A stretch of 64,000 nucleotides of DNA from Trichoplax adhaerens (GCF_000150275.1 NW_002060950.1:1166106-1230105), one strand, 5' to 3'. Positions 14,781 to 28,830 are shown, numbered from the stretch's first letter. Translations and numbers: made by a program. The notes: generated from the letters alone by a model not told the origin.

Positions 14781-15818
14781 TGGCAAAATTTAAGTACGGA
14801 TCTTATCGCAGATTATCACCCTCTTCAAAACGTATGGATTGCAAATGTCTCTTTAACAGCTCGAGATCGCTATATTCGCATCGGCCTTTATAGTGTGCTA
14901 TCGTTAATCACAATTTTGGGAAATATGCTAGTCTTTTTAACTTTCTATAAACATGCATCATTACGCACAACCTCCAATCTATTTATCATCAATCTAGCTA
15001 TAACTGATTTATTAACTGGAGGAATTAAAGATACATTATTTATTTATGGTCTAACTTCGTATAATTGGCCGAAAAGTGCAATTCTATGCTCATTTGTGGG
15101 CTTTATTAATTGTGTTTGTTACGTTGCGACTGTATACACGTTAACAGTCATAGCTGTATTTCGCTATCTTGCAATTGTCTGCAATTTGGGCAGAAAAATT
15201 AAGCGTAAGCATTCCATCTTGACTATCGCTTGCGTTTGGATCTACAGCTCTGCATGCTGTTTAATGCCTATTATTGGATGGAGCCGCTATATCTATGAAC
15301 CTACGGAATGTACTTGTGTACGTAGTTTAGATAAGAAATATTATTCCTATACGATATACATTCTAGTAGCAGATTTTCTATTACCATTATCCGTGGTGTC
15401 GTTTTGCTACGGAAATATTTTTGCAAAGATGAAAAGAAATCATCACCACATTAAGCGTGATCTAAGTGATGGACAGAAACTTGACGTTGCGGAAAAGTTA
15501 TCGCGGAGGGAAGAGATTGTCGCGCGGCGTATGTTTATTATCTTGGCTGAGCATGTCGTCTGTTTTTTACCTTATACAATTATTGTTACGATGTTGGCAG
15601 CGAATGGCGTTGATATTGAGCCAGTTTGGTATTTTATTGTTGGTTACTTACTTAATTTAAACAGTGCTCTCAATCCTGTTACGTATATTGTTGTCAATCC
15701 TAGGCTTAAGAAGGGCTATATATCAGTCATTTGTTGCAAAGATAACTTTACGCGAGTTAAGCCAACAAAGGCTGGAGGTAATCAGGGTTTTCTAGAACTT
15801 CGTAATGTAGCAAAGTAA
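14781..15818 (+). CDS. Opsin-like class A (rhodopsin family) GPCR 1, placopsin-like; 5' end probably on an unlocated upstream exon
   Basis: 7 TM segments with LGN (TM1), LRT..N...NLAITD (TM2), W..C (ECL1/TM3), IAVFRY, PIIGWSRYIYEPTECTC (compare rhodopsin PLVGWSRYIPEGMQCSC), VCFLPY and NSALNPVTY. The ORF-track start at 14742 is TTG and no in-frame ATG precedes TM1. A pyrimidine tract plus CAG acceptor ends at 14780. Confidence 0.92.
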   Translation, partial: WQNLSTDLIADYHPLQNVWIANVSLTARDRYIRIGLYSVLSLITILGNMLVFLTFYKHASLRTTSNLFIINLAITDLLTGGIKDTLFIYGLTSYNWPKSAILCSFVGFINCVCYVATVYTLTVIAVFRYLAIVCNLGRKIKRKHSILTIACVWIYSSACCLMPIIGWSRYIYEPTECTCVRSLDKKYYSYTIYILVADFLLPLSVVSFCYGNIFAKMKRNHHHIKRDLSDGQKLDVAEKLSRREEIVARRMFIILAEHVVCFLPYTIIVTMLAANGVDIEPVWYFIVGYLLNLNSALNPVTYIVVNPRLKKGYISVICCKDNFTRVKPTKAGGNQGFLELRNVAK

Positions 15819-18800
15819 TCAACTAAAGTTTGCTTATAGATCGCTTCTATATCCAATTTATTCCTGAATCAAATTGTAATAAATATACACACTTTCTTTC
15901 TGTCTTCCTATCCTACATAATGAGCTAAAAGCTAGGATGTCTATTATTTATAAAGTCTAACCGTATATTGATTAATATACATGAAATGTTCTGTTTTGTT
16001 ATAACCAATATCCCCTAGTTTATGTTATTTGAAAGAAATACCATAACAGGCTAAACCACAAATTTATTTTATAAACTTTCTCAGTCACACTTGCAGCAGC
16101 AACATTCTAATAATATAATAATTAACTCAAGCTAATTTATATGGTATGAGTGAGTTTTAGTCAATTTTTTGCACCATTAAAAATGTTCTTTCTTTAAATT
16201 GATTATATTATCAATCAATATCTACAATTAATTCATGTCTTGAAGTATGTTATGTATTCTTTCAATGAGCCTGTTCCTGAATAGTTATGATAAATTTCGG
16301 TCTGTTATAGCAAATAATCCCCAAGTTTTGTTCAACACATTAACTTGCCTGTGAATTTATAGACTGCAATATTCAATAATCCTAATATAAGTCTTGTAAT
16401 AAATTCCACGTAATAAAAAAAGATTGACAGTGATTCTATCTACCTACTGTATATGCCAAACGCGATTATAGTCTAATAAGATCAGATAGTAGCGTAAAAT
16501 AGCCCTAATTCATATCATTTGTGAGTAAAGCGTCTTAATCATAATAACGCTAATAGTTTATTTCAAAGTTTTTCACTCTTTGAGAAAGAAATTACTGTAT
16601 TACGTGCTGATATGTAGTTGTTAGAGTTTTTATTTTTTCACTGTTAGAGTTATCGCGTCGATTATTCCTCTGTTCAAATAAGTGATACCAAACAAATTAA
16701 TTTCCTTATTAAGCTATAATTTATTCATAATGCTGTTCAATGATAAATTGATATTAATTATGATCTCATAAGGCAAGGCTTGTGATAGTATCAATCTTGA
16801 CGAGATTAAATCGTCTAATTTGACTATAGGTGTTGACAATTAGCTTGCAGTGGAGTCAACTGATGATATTACATAGCAAAACATCCAATTTTTTTATAAT
16901 CAACTTAGTTTACTATATAATTAAAGATTAATGTTAATTCATTATCTTAGTTAATTATTGTTTTGTGGTGCAATGTGCATTATGTAATGACAGCGATTAC
17001 TACAGAAACATCAAAATATACCTTTCGGAATTGCTGGTAATGATTAGTCGTCGTCGCTTAATTCGTTTATTTCGTAAATGCATTTAAAGGATATAGCAAA
17101 ACTTGAACGGATCTTGATCATCCTAGCATTATTCATTGGTTATAAGCATATGACTACTGCAAATTTGCGAGACACTGTAATCCATAGTAAAAATCAATAT
17201 TTTCTTCAGTAATAACAAATGAACAGTTACCGTAAAGTCAAATAAGAGCATAATATCTATAAGGAAGTACGCTCAATTCTTATAATTTCTACATTAGTAT
17301 CGCTCCTACTATATTTGAGGCTGAGCTTGTTCAAGTTTCACGTTCTTAATTACAGTCTCTTGCAAAGTACAGGTACTTTAAGCTTTTAAAACACGATCGA
17401 AATATTAGGATATAACTTTTGATACACCAAATAATCACAAGCTGTAAAAAAAATCGAGCTATAAGAATACGAGAAAGCATTATTGCTCTTGGCCGTCTGA
17501 ATCACGAATCATATCTATGATCTGGTAAACTGTGTACTATATAGTCTTTTAGCTATAATAAGCAACTGTCGGCACCAAAGACCGTTTTACGATAATTCAC
17601 GCTATAAATGGTTTTCAGTAATCACTTATTTACGTAATAACGTAAAAATGGCTATATAAATAAAAATCAATACTGTAATATATCTGAGATACCCACAATA
17701 ATCAGTGATCCTAATTTACAATCTACATGGATGTGTTACTATTAATTGCAAAAATATCTCTCACAAATTATAATCCAACAAATAGTTTTAGCTCGCCGGT
17801 ATTATGATGCGGCAGGATCCAAACATATTTATAGTTTACGAGATTAGTTTCAATTTTTGAGATACCTAGCTCATCGTCTTGTCACTTCCCTTTGCCCAAC
17901 TGCTAAGTTACTACAGTATGGCTTCTGCAGTCATCGACTACACTACAGTTAGATTTATCATACGTAAATTGTACGACATTATTACTTATTTGGCATTGGA
18001 AAAATGTGATATAATCATGCTTTATAATAAGTTCAAGTTATTAAGTAAAATTATTGTAATTTTAGTTATACATTAGGCCTTGCTACTATTTTAATTTTAA
18101 TAAACAATGTATGTTGCTCTTTTAAATTGAAAAAATTTGTCTAAAGTCTCTTAGCTGCGCCTGCTAGGGACTAAGGTTCTAAGCTCTCTTTAGATTAGCA
18201 AGTTAAGGAGCACCTAGTAGAATTACTGAATGGGAATGTAATGTAGAGCTGTGTAAGATAATCTTATATTGTTGCAAAAGTAGTTATAAAGATCAGTCAG
18301 GAAGGATAGAAATCTAAGCACATCATACATACTCCTGGAATAACTCGTAGCTTGGACAAGAATGATAGAAATGTCGGTAAATATACAGCTTTCTGAGAAA
18401 ATCCTATCCCAACCGCTAGGTCCTTTAGCACCTAACCTGTGCCTCTACCATGGATTAGTAATCCTTGACTCTATATCAGCATTATCCACATATTTCTGTA
18501 GCAAGGTGTTGCTATTAATAGGTGCTATAGATCAATTTTAGTGACTTTTATATAAAAAATCGATATCTATAAGTTCACAAAGCAAATCCCAGTAACTATC
18601 CAGTGCCTCGCAGGTTTTAAGGTTATATCGTATTTTAATCTAAATTGATACCGCATCAGTTTATTATAAATAGGCAATATGATGTTTATATCCTCAAATA
18701 TCGCATGTAATGATAGTATCGTATAAGTGGTATTAATTACTTAAAGAAATTTTCTAAAGTCATGGAGCTTAGCGATAATGCTTTTTCACCACAATTGATT

Positions 18801-21800
18801 ATTTTTCAAATCTATTACGGTGATGAAAAATAGAAATTAACGAATAAGCGTTCAAAAATGAATAGTTAAAATACAATTGCCTGACATAAACCCATTAAGT
18901 AGACGCTATCTGCATTATTTATTTATTTATAAATATCACGTTTCTATAAATCATTTTAATAATGCACTCTGATCTCCAAGTATGAATAACAAACTTTGGA
19001 GAACTACTTTAGAGCAATTTGAGAAAGCAAAATAAATTATTTCTCATATGGCTTGCCTTATAGTAAAGATAGATGTAGCCTTCTAGGAGACAACTTTCCT
19101 TCTTTAAATAATAGGAATATATGTCATTTATCTTCAGAATTGATAATACCGTATATTATAGCTGATTGGTCATTGCCTTAAGAACTTACTGTGCTGCATT
19201 CATCGAAATAAAAAATAACAAGCTTCTGCGATGCTAACAACATATTAAATGTAATTTTATCCGCAATTTCATATATTGTCTGCCGTATATCTTCGATATT
19301 ATCGTCGAGAAGAGTTACCATGCGGATTTTTCGTTTATTAACAGTGCTTCAATCCAATATTTCTAGACTAATTGCATTAATTAAATTATATTAATAGACT
19401 GTTTAAATTATATCAGTATATAAGTACTACAATTTTGCTTAATATACCTTTAATATCCCGCAAATCGATATGAGACCTTCGAATCAACTCTACTTGTAAA
19501 AAGAGGAATATCACAATCTATCTTAGCATTGTCGACGTATGGGCAGTATGCAGCTCATTCGCTTTTAGTCCTGTTCAGGAAATAGTGATGCTAGTTAGAG
19601 TACGTGTTTTCAGTGCTTACGCATAGTCTAATTCTATACTAACAGTCTAAACGGCTGATACTTTTACGGTAAACCAGTATATATTTTATGATTATATATA
19701 AAGCATATGGATACGGATGAATTAATGCTTAATTTGAACTTAAAATTTAGTTACAACAATCAATAATTAATCATCTGCTACGTAATTACTGGTTTTCCGA
19801 AATTAGCATAGTTCATGGAACATGAAATTTACTATAGGATGGATTAGATTCCGAACTTTATAGCATTAATGATACCAGAAAATGATGGAAATCATTTTTA
19901 CTAGAAAGTACTAATAATTATATGAAGTAGAAGATAATAATTGTTTATGTACAACATAATAATAGATACAGCTGTTGCCGTTATCGTATTACATCCGAAG
20001 TAGTACTACCGATCCTTTACATTAAACCGGTAATTACTTGGAACGTCCAACTTATGAAACAAATGATGAAAAGTTTAAGTCACACTTAAAGCCAAAAGAA
20101 CTATATTTGAAGCGATAAATAAATCCAGAATTATTCGTAGCTAGCTTTTATCCTCAGGTATTGCATTATTTTCATTACTACAGGTCCTACATCAACTTAA
20201 GTATGGGTATAATTAATATAATTTTTTTAATTTAAATCAAGTCTGGATTACATTTAAAAATTTAGCTACGGCCCCCTACAGAGTTGTTAAATTCGAATAA
20301 AGATCGTAAATCTTATAGATCATTAGCTAATATAAACTTACTATTGTAAAATAGATACATTAAAGATTTTATGGCTCTTTCTACTTCTAAGCGCTTGTCG
20401 TTATGTATTATGATGTATTTCAAATATGCTAGCACATTATTATTTAATTAATAACTACTGTAGATATATTATAATTTAGTTAGAAGTTTTTAAATATTTT
20501 CTCGGTTGCAACTTCGATCATAAAATACGGTAGAAAATACTAAAATAGGCAGTAATTTTCAAAACTGGAAAATTTAATCACCATGCGATTAACCGTTCTA
20601 TAGAAAATTATGCAATTGAAGATTATAACCTATGTATCATTTAAAAACTATTATTAGATGACTCTTTAAATGCGAAAGCCTCGCAATAATGGAAATGAAG
20701 GGTAAAAATGACAACTGTACGCATACAGTACGCGAGATGAACCTGAAGATTAGAATACATTAGATCATACTATTTAATTATCGTTATCAATTATTCATAT
20801 CAAGATATAACCCTGAATTATGAAATTTTACGTCTGTGAGATATCCTTTCAATTGATTATTTTCAGAATCAAATAACTAAGTTAGCTTAAAAATAGAATT
20901 TTCCTTATTCACCTAAAATTACGTCCATAATTTGTTGATGGTAGTAGTTAGTGCTAGTTTGTGCTAGTTAGCGATAGTTAAATTGTATAATTGATTTAAA
21001 TTGTGCTTTGAAAGATTGATAATGATTTGAAAATCCTAGATGCTTCAGCTATTACCACTACATTCGGATATCTTCAGTAAGAAATCTAAAGCTAATACTA
21101 TTTTAAGTAGTTTTTTTGTGTCAGATTCGTTACAGGAATGAATTGAAATAAGTAGTTGCGGGTTGGCAAATTTGTAGTTATTTCTTTCCTAAACAGTAGC
21201 TTTTGTGAACGATAAAAGGCTATTGTGTATCGTTTTGATTTGCAAAGTATCTCAGAAAATGTATAAAATCGAAACGGTTCCTTGAAATTAAAAGTAGCTT
21301 TTAATTCTTGTTGGCGATAATTAGGCGATGACATTCAAGAGACTTGAAACTTGGGACACTGATGCAAACTGAAAATTTAAAATAATTTCAAAGAGGCTAT
21401 TTGCTCTCTTCACTGCATAAAGTATACGACCGTAGAATACGTTAGGTAACTGATTTTAAATTTAATTCTTATAGATGATTAATTAAGTTTACGTAAAGTT
21501 CCTAATTTGAATCAATGACGATAGGTTATTGATTACTCGTATAGTAAGTCTGGGAGTCACTTCACAATTTGCATGTTTCAAATAAGGCGGTGCCGATTAT
21601 ATCTTTATCGGCCAATTTCGGACATCAGCCGTAACCTATATACTGCATAACCGAAAATTGTGCCTGTATCAGGTTTTATCCTGGCGAAAAACAGTTACTA
21701 ACAGTCTCCAATGTAAACATTTTTTCCAACCATAGCCTCTACTTTACTGAAATTTTGGTTACTTAATTTTTACTCATTTACACAGTGTTATATTAAAAAT

Positions 21801-24788
21801 AGCTCAACTGTGCCAATTAAGAATCTATCTGGAATAATTACAATAGTTTAATTGCTTTAACTGAAGCAGTATCGAGTATCTAAGTTGATTTGCTTTTTAA
21901 ACCAATTTCCAGATATAAAAATGCGATAATTCGCAAAATTGTTGACAAAGAATTATTATTTAATACGGAAACCGTGACACTGCATCTAATTAATTCATTG
22001 CTGAACTAATAATTAATTTAATTCAATCCTATCTATCTGCCATCTAGTATACCAGATTCTTTTGTCGTTACTGTTAATTGATAAATAAATTATTAACAGA
22101 TTCTAGCAATTATTGATGAAGAAAGTCACTTTAGTGCCAAAGAGAAGGAAAAGCTATTTTATGTGCTTTTTGCGCAAAGAACTAATTTACGTCATATTTT
22201 ATATCTAATACACTGATAGTAACTCTGGATCAATGTAAGTAGCTAGGCCGAATAGGGAGGTGTGCTAGGACGTCCAGGCTGGCCTTAGTAAGCAAGAATA
22301 CACTGATAATGCCATTTTTTCGGACTGACAAGCCTCTTATAAGCTTTGAACGCCAATATCTGTTTGGCTTAATGATTGATTATTGGTGATATTTTTCACC
22401 TTCAAGTTTCAATTTCTATAATGTTGTTACGAAAACGTAATAATACTTATTTTAAGCAATCAAATTTGCTCTAAGTACAAAATTTATGAATTATTTTTTT
22501 GACACAGTCTAGACTTTGTGTTTTTATTCGTAAAAGTATCAAACGATCGATGAAGATTGTGCCAGTACTTAAGTACGAATAACTGAAAGATATTGATAGT
22601 TTAACTCGAACTGTAATATAAAATTATACAATTTGGTTCGCCGAATAAGAATTATTAGCATATCCGCCTAATTTCAGACGCTTCTTGTCATATAAAATTG
22701 ACGTTATGTAATGTTGCTTCATACATTCGTAGATTATCTATTGCCATGAAAAACTATTTTAATTTTAGTCGAAACCTCTTAATTAATAGCATCGTGGCTC
22801 AAGGAAACAAAAATTTTAGTCAATTTATTCAATTTTTAGTGCTTAGGTTCTTAGTACCTCAAATTACCAATACTTTCTGTACGATGTATCTGTAATTTAA
22901 CCTATTAAGGACAAGTGATTTTATAAATAATTCAAATGGATGATGGGCATTTATTTGTCAATTGCAACTCTTACATATCGACCGTGCTTATTGCTAGTCA
23001 ATTGAATTTCCAAAATAATGCAAATGATAATCATCTCTGAAACAGTTAGATTTACGTTTAATTATTAATTTAAGAAGAATAATGATGAGAACTATCTGAA
23101 ATTGAACGGAAAATATCTTAAAAATTCTTGGAGTAAAATTTATTTTACAGAACTTAAAATGAAAATCTCTTAAATGCTACTTAAAGTGGGATTTACTATC
23201 CTAAGAAATACCAGTAAAAAAAGCATAGCTCGGTATTAACGAAAAAATAGAAATAGTTCAACTAGAAATCCTGATTTAGAATTAATTTGTAAGCTAATGG
23301 CTAAACTAGAATGATGTAGCCTGGAGATTTTCGGTAATAATCAATCTTTTAATGTAATGCACGTTATCTAGATGCTTTTGAGAACAATCTGCATGTTGGA
23401 AGACTATTAGCTTTTATACCAAGAGTAAATAATGGTGATTAGCTTGACCTATACTAAAGCCAGTTTCAGTCCCACAAAATAGTTCAAGCCTTATTTCAAT
23501 CAAAACGAAAGTAAGGCTATGGATGCTAATTGTCACAAAGTTATACATTTCGATTGATTAATGTATCTTAACAGCCACAATATCGCCATACAATTCAAGT
23601 TTATCAACTTGAGGAATAGTTTATGCTAATTGCAATCATTTATTTTTAGGAACAAATCGGTTCTCACACTATTTAATACTGTGTTATGGTTAACATTTCA
23701 GGATTATATTAGTTTAAGATAAGGATCCAGCAGTATTTCTTCGTAACAAAGTATGAGTTGTCTTAAGCCATTTTATGCTGTAATATGGTTCGTGTGAATT
23801 GACACATTACTTGTCATCGACTAATAGAAAAAATTGGCTGCTTTATATCGTCCATGCTATAGGGATTGTGGGATATAAAATAAATATTAAGAGGCTATAC
23901 CCGTAATTTAATATTAATGAATAAACTTGCAGATGAAGACTCCGTTTCAATTTTCTTGCTCGTGTCAAATGCCTTTTATTGATTTATTTCGCTTCTATAT
24001 TTCACATCCGAAACATGATTATCCATTTTCGGTTATTTCTACTCTATTGCTATAAAAATCGAACAATTTAAACTTTTGAATTATTACTTAACGCTAGATT
24101 AAGATTCCTGTAAACGTTAATCATTACTAATTACTTATTTCTTCCATGTTTCTAATTAAAAATTTTTCAGTTAGCTTAGATCAATTCTAATTATGTAAGT
24201 AATATGCTCCTGGCTGAACAAATCAGAACTGTTTATTGTTTCCTCAACCGGTCTTTCGATACTACTTTCATTTTAGAGTTATTTTTGGTTAAAACATTGG
24301 CTAGCGTAAATCTTTCTTAAATATGTGTTTTACAACAATAATAATTTAAAATTTGACCTTTCGAAATCCTTTAATAATTAACTGGAATGAAATGATTTAT
24401 TATACCGTTGAATAAATAGTACGTCAGCAGGATTTCTATATTACTGTCCTTTTTGTAGAGTACGATGACAGCCGCAGCCAATCAAATAAATGATTAAATT
24501 ATTTATTCAGTTGTGGCAGGATGTTGTTCACAATTCTTATTGCATGACTAATGCTACTCTCTTGGAGCTCAATTATAAAAGAAAAAGTTTATCTTTCGAA
24601 ATACCGTTGAAGGTCGCTATAGAACATTTTAGTAATTCTATCATTTTTACCCGTTGAAGGATATTCCGACGATATACAAGTAAATCATTGTTTCATGCAT
24701 TAATCGGTGAGCATTCGGTCGTATCAACTTACAAATCATAATACCTTCATTAAAGTATTTGCCCGTTATAGCTGTCGTGAGGATAATA

Positions 24789-25817
24789 ATGCATCATTTA
24801 CCCACTATCATTACGACTACACTGATTCCTAGAAACAATTTTTCAATACCTACAATATCACAGCAAGAAGCTAATCTCCATGTTGCATTCTATGGTGTCA
24901 TTGCGTTCTTTGCCGTTCTTGGTAATATCCCGGTGTTGATCATTATTTGTAGAACGCCAGCATTGCAGACTAAATCCAACTTATTTCTTGCAAATTTAGC
25001 CGTCTCAGATATAATGACAGGCGCTGTTAAAGATGTTTTCATAATGATTGGTATGCAACCGAGACGATGGATATATAGCGATACCTTATGCCAAATTTCT
25101 GGATTTTTTATTGGTGTCTTTCACTCTGTAACCGTAATAACACTTATGGTCATTGCAATCTTTCGCTATTTGATAGTTGTCCATGGACGTCGCGTTAATT
25201 TAAAAAAAAAACACGTATGGATTGCTATAGTCTTAATTTGGATCTTTGCAATTTTAGATGCTTTACTCCCAATCATCGGCTGGAGTAAATATGCATACAG
25301 TTTGCTCGAATTCGGATGTTTGCCTGAATTCGATCCAACACCTCCATCCTATGCTCTCTTTCTACTTCTTGCGGTGACTTTGATACCTTTATCTATCATT
25401 ACTTATTGCTATATCGCTATTTTAATCAATATTTTTATACATGATGGTACGTTAAGGCGATATATTAATCACAACGGTAGACAACGACAAGGTCTCCGCT
25501 GCCAACTACGTCAGCGTGAGCTTCGAGCTACTAGGAGAATGTTTGTAGTTTATATGGCATTTATTGTATGTCTTTTGCCATGGGCTATTATTATGCTTAT
25601 TCTGGTACCAGCTGGAATTTTGATTTCATTAAAATCTATCTTTTGGATAGGCTTTCTAGTTAATATGAATAGTGCAATTAATCCACTTATTTACTATATG
25701 ATTTATCCTAAAATACGAAGAGGCTATAAAAAACTGATCTGTGGTCATCGACGATTGGAAAGCGAAGTAACTTCAATAAGAACTACCCGTACTAAAGTTA
25801 TGTCAGCATGGTCATAG
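24789..25817 (+). CDS. Opsin-like class A GPCR 2, single exon
   Basis: First ATG at 24789 (the ORF track starts at an upstream TTG). N-glycosylation site NFS, LGN, NLAVSD, IAIFRY, LPIIGWSKY..C, VCLLPW and NSAINPLIY. Clear paralog of GPCR 1 and 3. Confidence 0.93.
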   Translation: MHHLPTIITTTLIPRNNFSIPTISQQEANLHVAFYGVIAFFAVLGNIPVLIIICRTPALQTKSNLFLANLAVSDIMTGAVKDVFIMIGMQPRRWIYSDTLCQISGFFIGVFHSVTVITLMVIAIFRYLIVVHGRRVNLKKKHVWIAIVLIWIFAILDALLPIIGWSKYAYSLLEFGCLPEFDPTPPSYALFLLLAVTLIPLSIITYCYIAILINIFIHDGTLRRYINHNGRQRQGLRCQLRQRELRATRRMFVVYMAFIVCLLPWAIIMLILVPAGILISLKSIFWIGFLVNMNSAINPLIYYMIYPKIRRGYKKLICGHRRLESEVTSIRTTRTKVMSAWS

Positions 25818-26642
25818 TTTATTCATCTTTATTCAAATCTGTAGTTAATTATTCTGTTATTAGAATAAAGCTACTAAGGACATAGCTATCATAATCGCAT
25901 CTTTCAAGCTTAAATTGAAATTATGGTCTATCTAAAACGTTTTAATGAAGCCAACATATGAAACAAGAGATCACGATTCATGTCAAAACTTAAACTAATG
26001 TCATGGAAAACATTTTAATTTTTGGAATGCGATAGTTATTTCACGCTTACATAATTGTATTGGGACTAATCAGAAATTTAAGATCGGAAACGTGATCTAT
26101 AATATTTAAACGATAAGTAATAACGCGACAGCTGTTAATATAATTTTATAAAGAAATAGCTTGCTTAAAATATTGTTTCCTTATCGAAGGCTTAAACTTG
26201 GATAACAACTCATGTTAATTCGTACATTATAGGGGTGAGCGAAACGATGTTAGATTGATTTAACAAACTATTAAATGTTTGATCTGATTATTTCATTATA
26301 TTTTAAATTTTCTTTCATTGTTTTTATATTGCTATAATAAGTCAGTATAAGGTACACGAGTATAAATACATCAACTGATTGCTTAAATAATATATTTGGC
26401 TTATCAACTGAGAATGCAATGATTCATCTATATAATTATTAATCGCTTTATCGTTACCTATTATCATACTTTCTATCATAAAATTATAATGATTTGGCTA
26501 TCTTCCTCAATAGTTTATAAGTTAGTGTCATTGATGTGGCTGTATACTCACTAACACAGGTAGTTAGAGCCTTGCGGCTAATGATTATTATATTTTGAAC
26601 AATATTTTTACTAATTTTGATCTTTCTTATACATAAATAGTT

Positions 26643-27555
26643 ATAAATTAAAACGATGCTCATAGTTTAGTTGCCATTAGTATCTCGACATTCTTGCTAA
26701 AAGTCTAATTTAGTTACAGTTAGGTTATATAGGACTATATTATTACCCTGCTGAGTATTATGGGCAATTTAATCATCTTAATTGTAATAGTTCGAGACCA
26801 ATTACAGACAAAAAGCAATTTATTTTTGGTAAACCTAGCCATAATCGATGTTACTACTGGTTGTGCTAAAGATCTTTTTTATTATCACCTTCCAATACCA
26901 GTATTGGATATTCGATCAAACTGTAGACGAAATTAGTGGATTTATTTGTGTATTTTATTGTTGCATGGCTGTAATTGCGTCAACACTTATTGTAGTTTAA
27001 TATTATATTTCATGGTAAATGTATCCACATACAAAAAATACATGTTATTGGAGCCATCATTATCGTTTAGATATCTCCCCAATTGACTTTAAACTTCCAC
27101 TGGCTAATTTTGCTAGATACATGTTGTTATGACACTTCGTATTGATATAACATTTAATTATGTTACAGTCTTGGTTTGAATACATAATTGTAGTTGCAGA
27201 ACGAAAAAATTTAAAATGGCGAAAAGCAATCATAGATACTTTCATAAACAGGCTTTATGGGGTGAAATTGAAGCAACTTGAAAAAATGTCTATTACTTAC
27301 TTGGCTATCGTAATTTATTTCATATCTTGTAGCATTGCTTCTCTTTCGCTATCATCAGCTTGATATGGCATTTCTTTCGATATTTACTTCATATTGGGCT
27401 GTTTAATCTACATAAATGGTGCCATCAATACTTTCATATGTTAAGCAACTTATCCGAAAATATATGGGATATATTATAATCTAATTTGTCCTCTAACTAA
27501 ACCAGACTTGAAGCGATAACTACTGCCATTGAACATACAAGGATAATACCCATCT
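26643..27555 (+). pseudogene. Pseudogene copy of GPCR 3
   Basis: Nucleotide-level similarity to 30135-31142, e.g. ctgctgagtatta.., acaaaaagcaatttattt, gccataatcgatgt..actggttgtgctaaagat, tggatatt.gatcaaactgt and tatccgaaaat. The start ATG reads ATA, there are stops and frameshifts, and it is shorter than the intact copy. Confidence 0.88.
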
Positions 27556-28568
27556 TCCAAAGAAGCTCCAATCACAGACAATGGCAAAGCCAGTATGCCT
27601 ATATTGTTAATGCCATTCAGACAGTACCTACTGCAATATTAATTCCGTTATTTAGTTATTATGAATTATTAATAATCTAAAATTACAAGTAATATTTAAC
27701 CTGGTGCTATAATTGCGTTATCATCGTCTTTGAACGCGGCGTACTGGATGTTCTTCCTATCAAATCATTAATTATAACAATTTGGAAATTTTTATGTCAT
27801 TAAATTTAATACAAAACGCCATATAGAATAAGGAGGAAAGGCTTCATTAATGGCGCTATAGCATATTCTTATTGAATAGTTTAAAAGTGCAAAGAAAATG
27901 TAAAATACACTTTAAATAGCTGACTATCTAAATACATTTGGTTAATATCTTCGTGTAGACTTTTTATTACTATCTTGTTCTCTCTCTTCTAAACAAGCAT
28001 GTTATGCAAATACTTCATAGCACATATACGGTCTGCTCGTAATGGATGCATATCTGCTTTACTACATAATCATCAATGACCATTACACGACTGTACTTTA
28101 CGCAAAGACTAATCAAAATAAGTAATTATGCTTTAATGTTCCTAAATCATCCGAAAATTTTGGTATCTAACGTCTTTCATCCAGGTCCAATTAAAGATGT
28201 CGACTGCAAGTGATGAGGCAGTCCATAAATTAACTAACTGCTAACTTTACCGCTAACTTAACTGTCAGACCCATTGCAGTTTATAAACTGCCATATATAT
28301 ATGTAATAGGTAGGTAGTTATTAGGAGTGTGATCAATAGTCTAGAAGCTTCAATTTGTACGGTTCATCAGACTTTGACTGGTTTAAAATGTATATATCAG
28401 TTATGCTGATATATCGGGCAGTTTATAAATTTGAGGAAGCTGGCAGTAGAGTTTTGTAGAGTTGCTATTTTCTCGGCGGTTGATATCTCTAGGTCGAATT
28501 ATTACCATATTAATGTGAATGCTCATTTAACGAGAAAATATTAGATTTTAATTAAAGTATTATTTTTT

Positions 28569-28830
28569 AAATTCCTATAATCGATGTCTACCGTATTCTT
28601 AAAGTAGAAGTTGCGGTAAAATTAGAAAAATTGTTTTTCTCTGTCGTATAATGATCAATGATATATTTTATATGAAATAATTAACAAGGAAGTATTAAAT
28701 TAAAAAAAATACTTTTTACTTGTAAATTCCTATAATCGAAGTCTACCGTATTTTTGAAGTAGCAGATGTGGTAATTTAATATATTGTTTTCCTCTATTGT
28801 GCAATGATTGTTGATACGTACTGTGTGAAG
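28569..28830. repeat. Direct duplication, 155 bp offset
   Basis: aaattcctataatcga.gtctaccgtatt.tt.aagtag... at 28569 and 28724. Confidence 0.8.
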
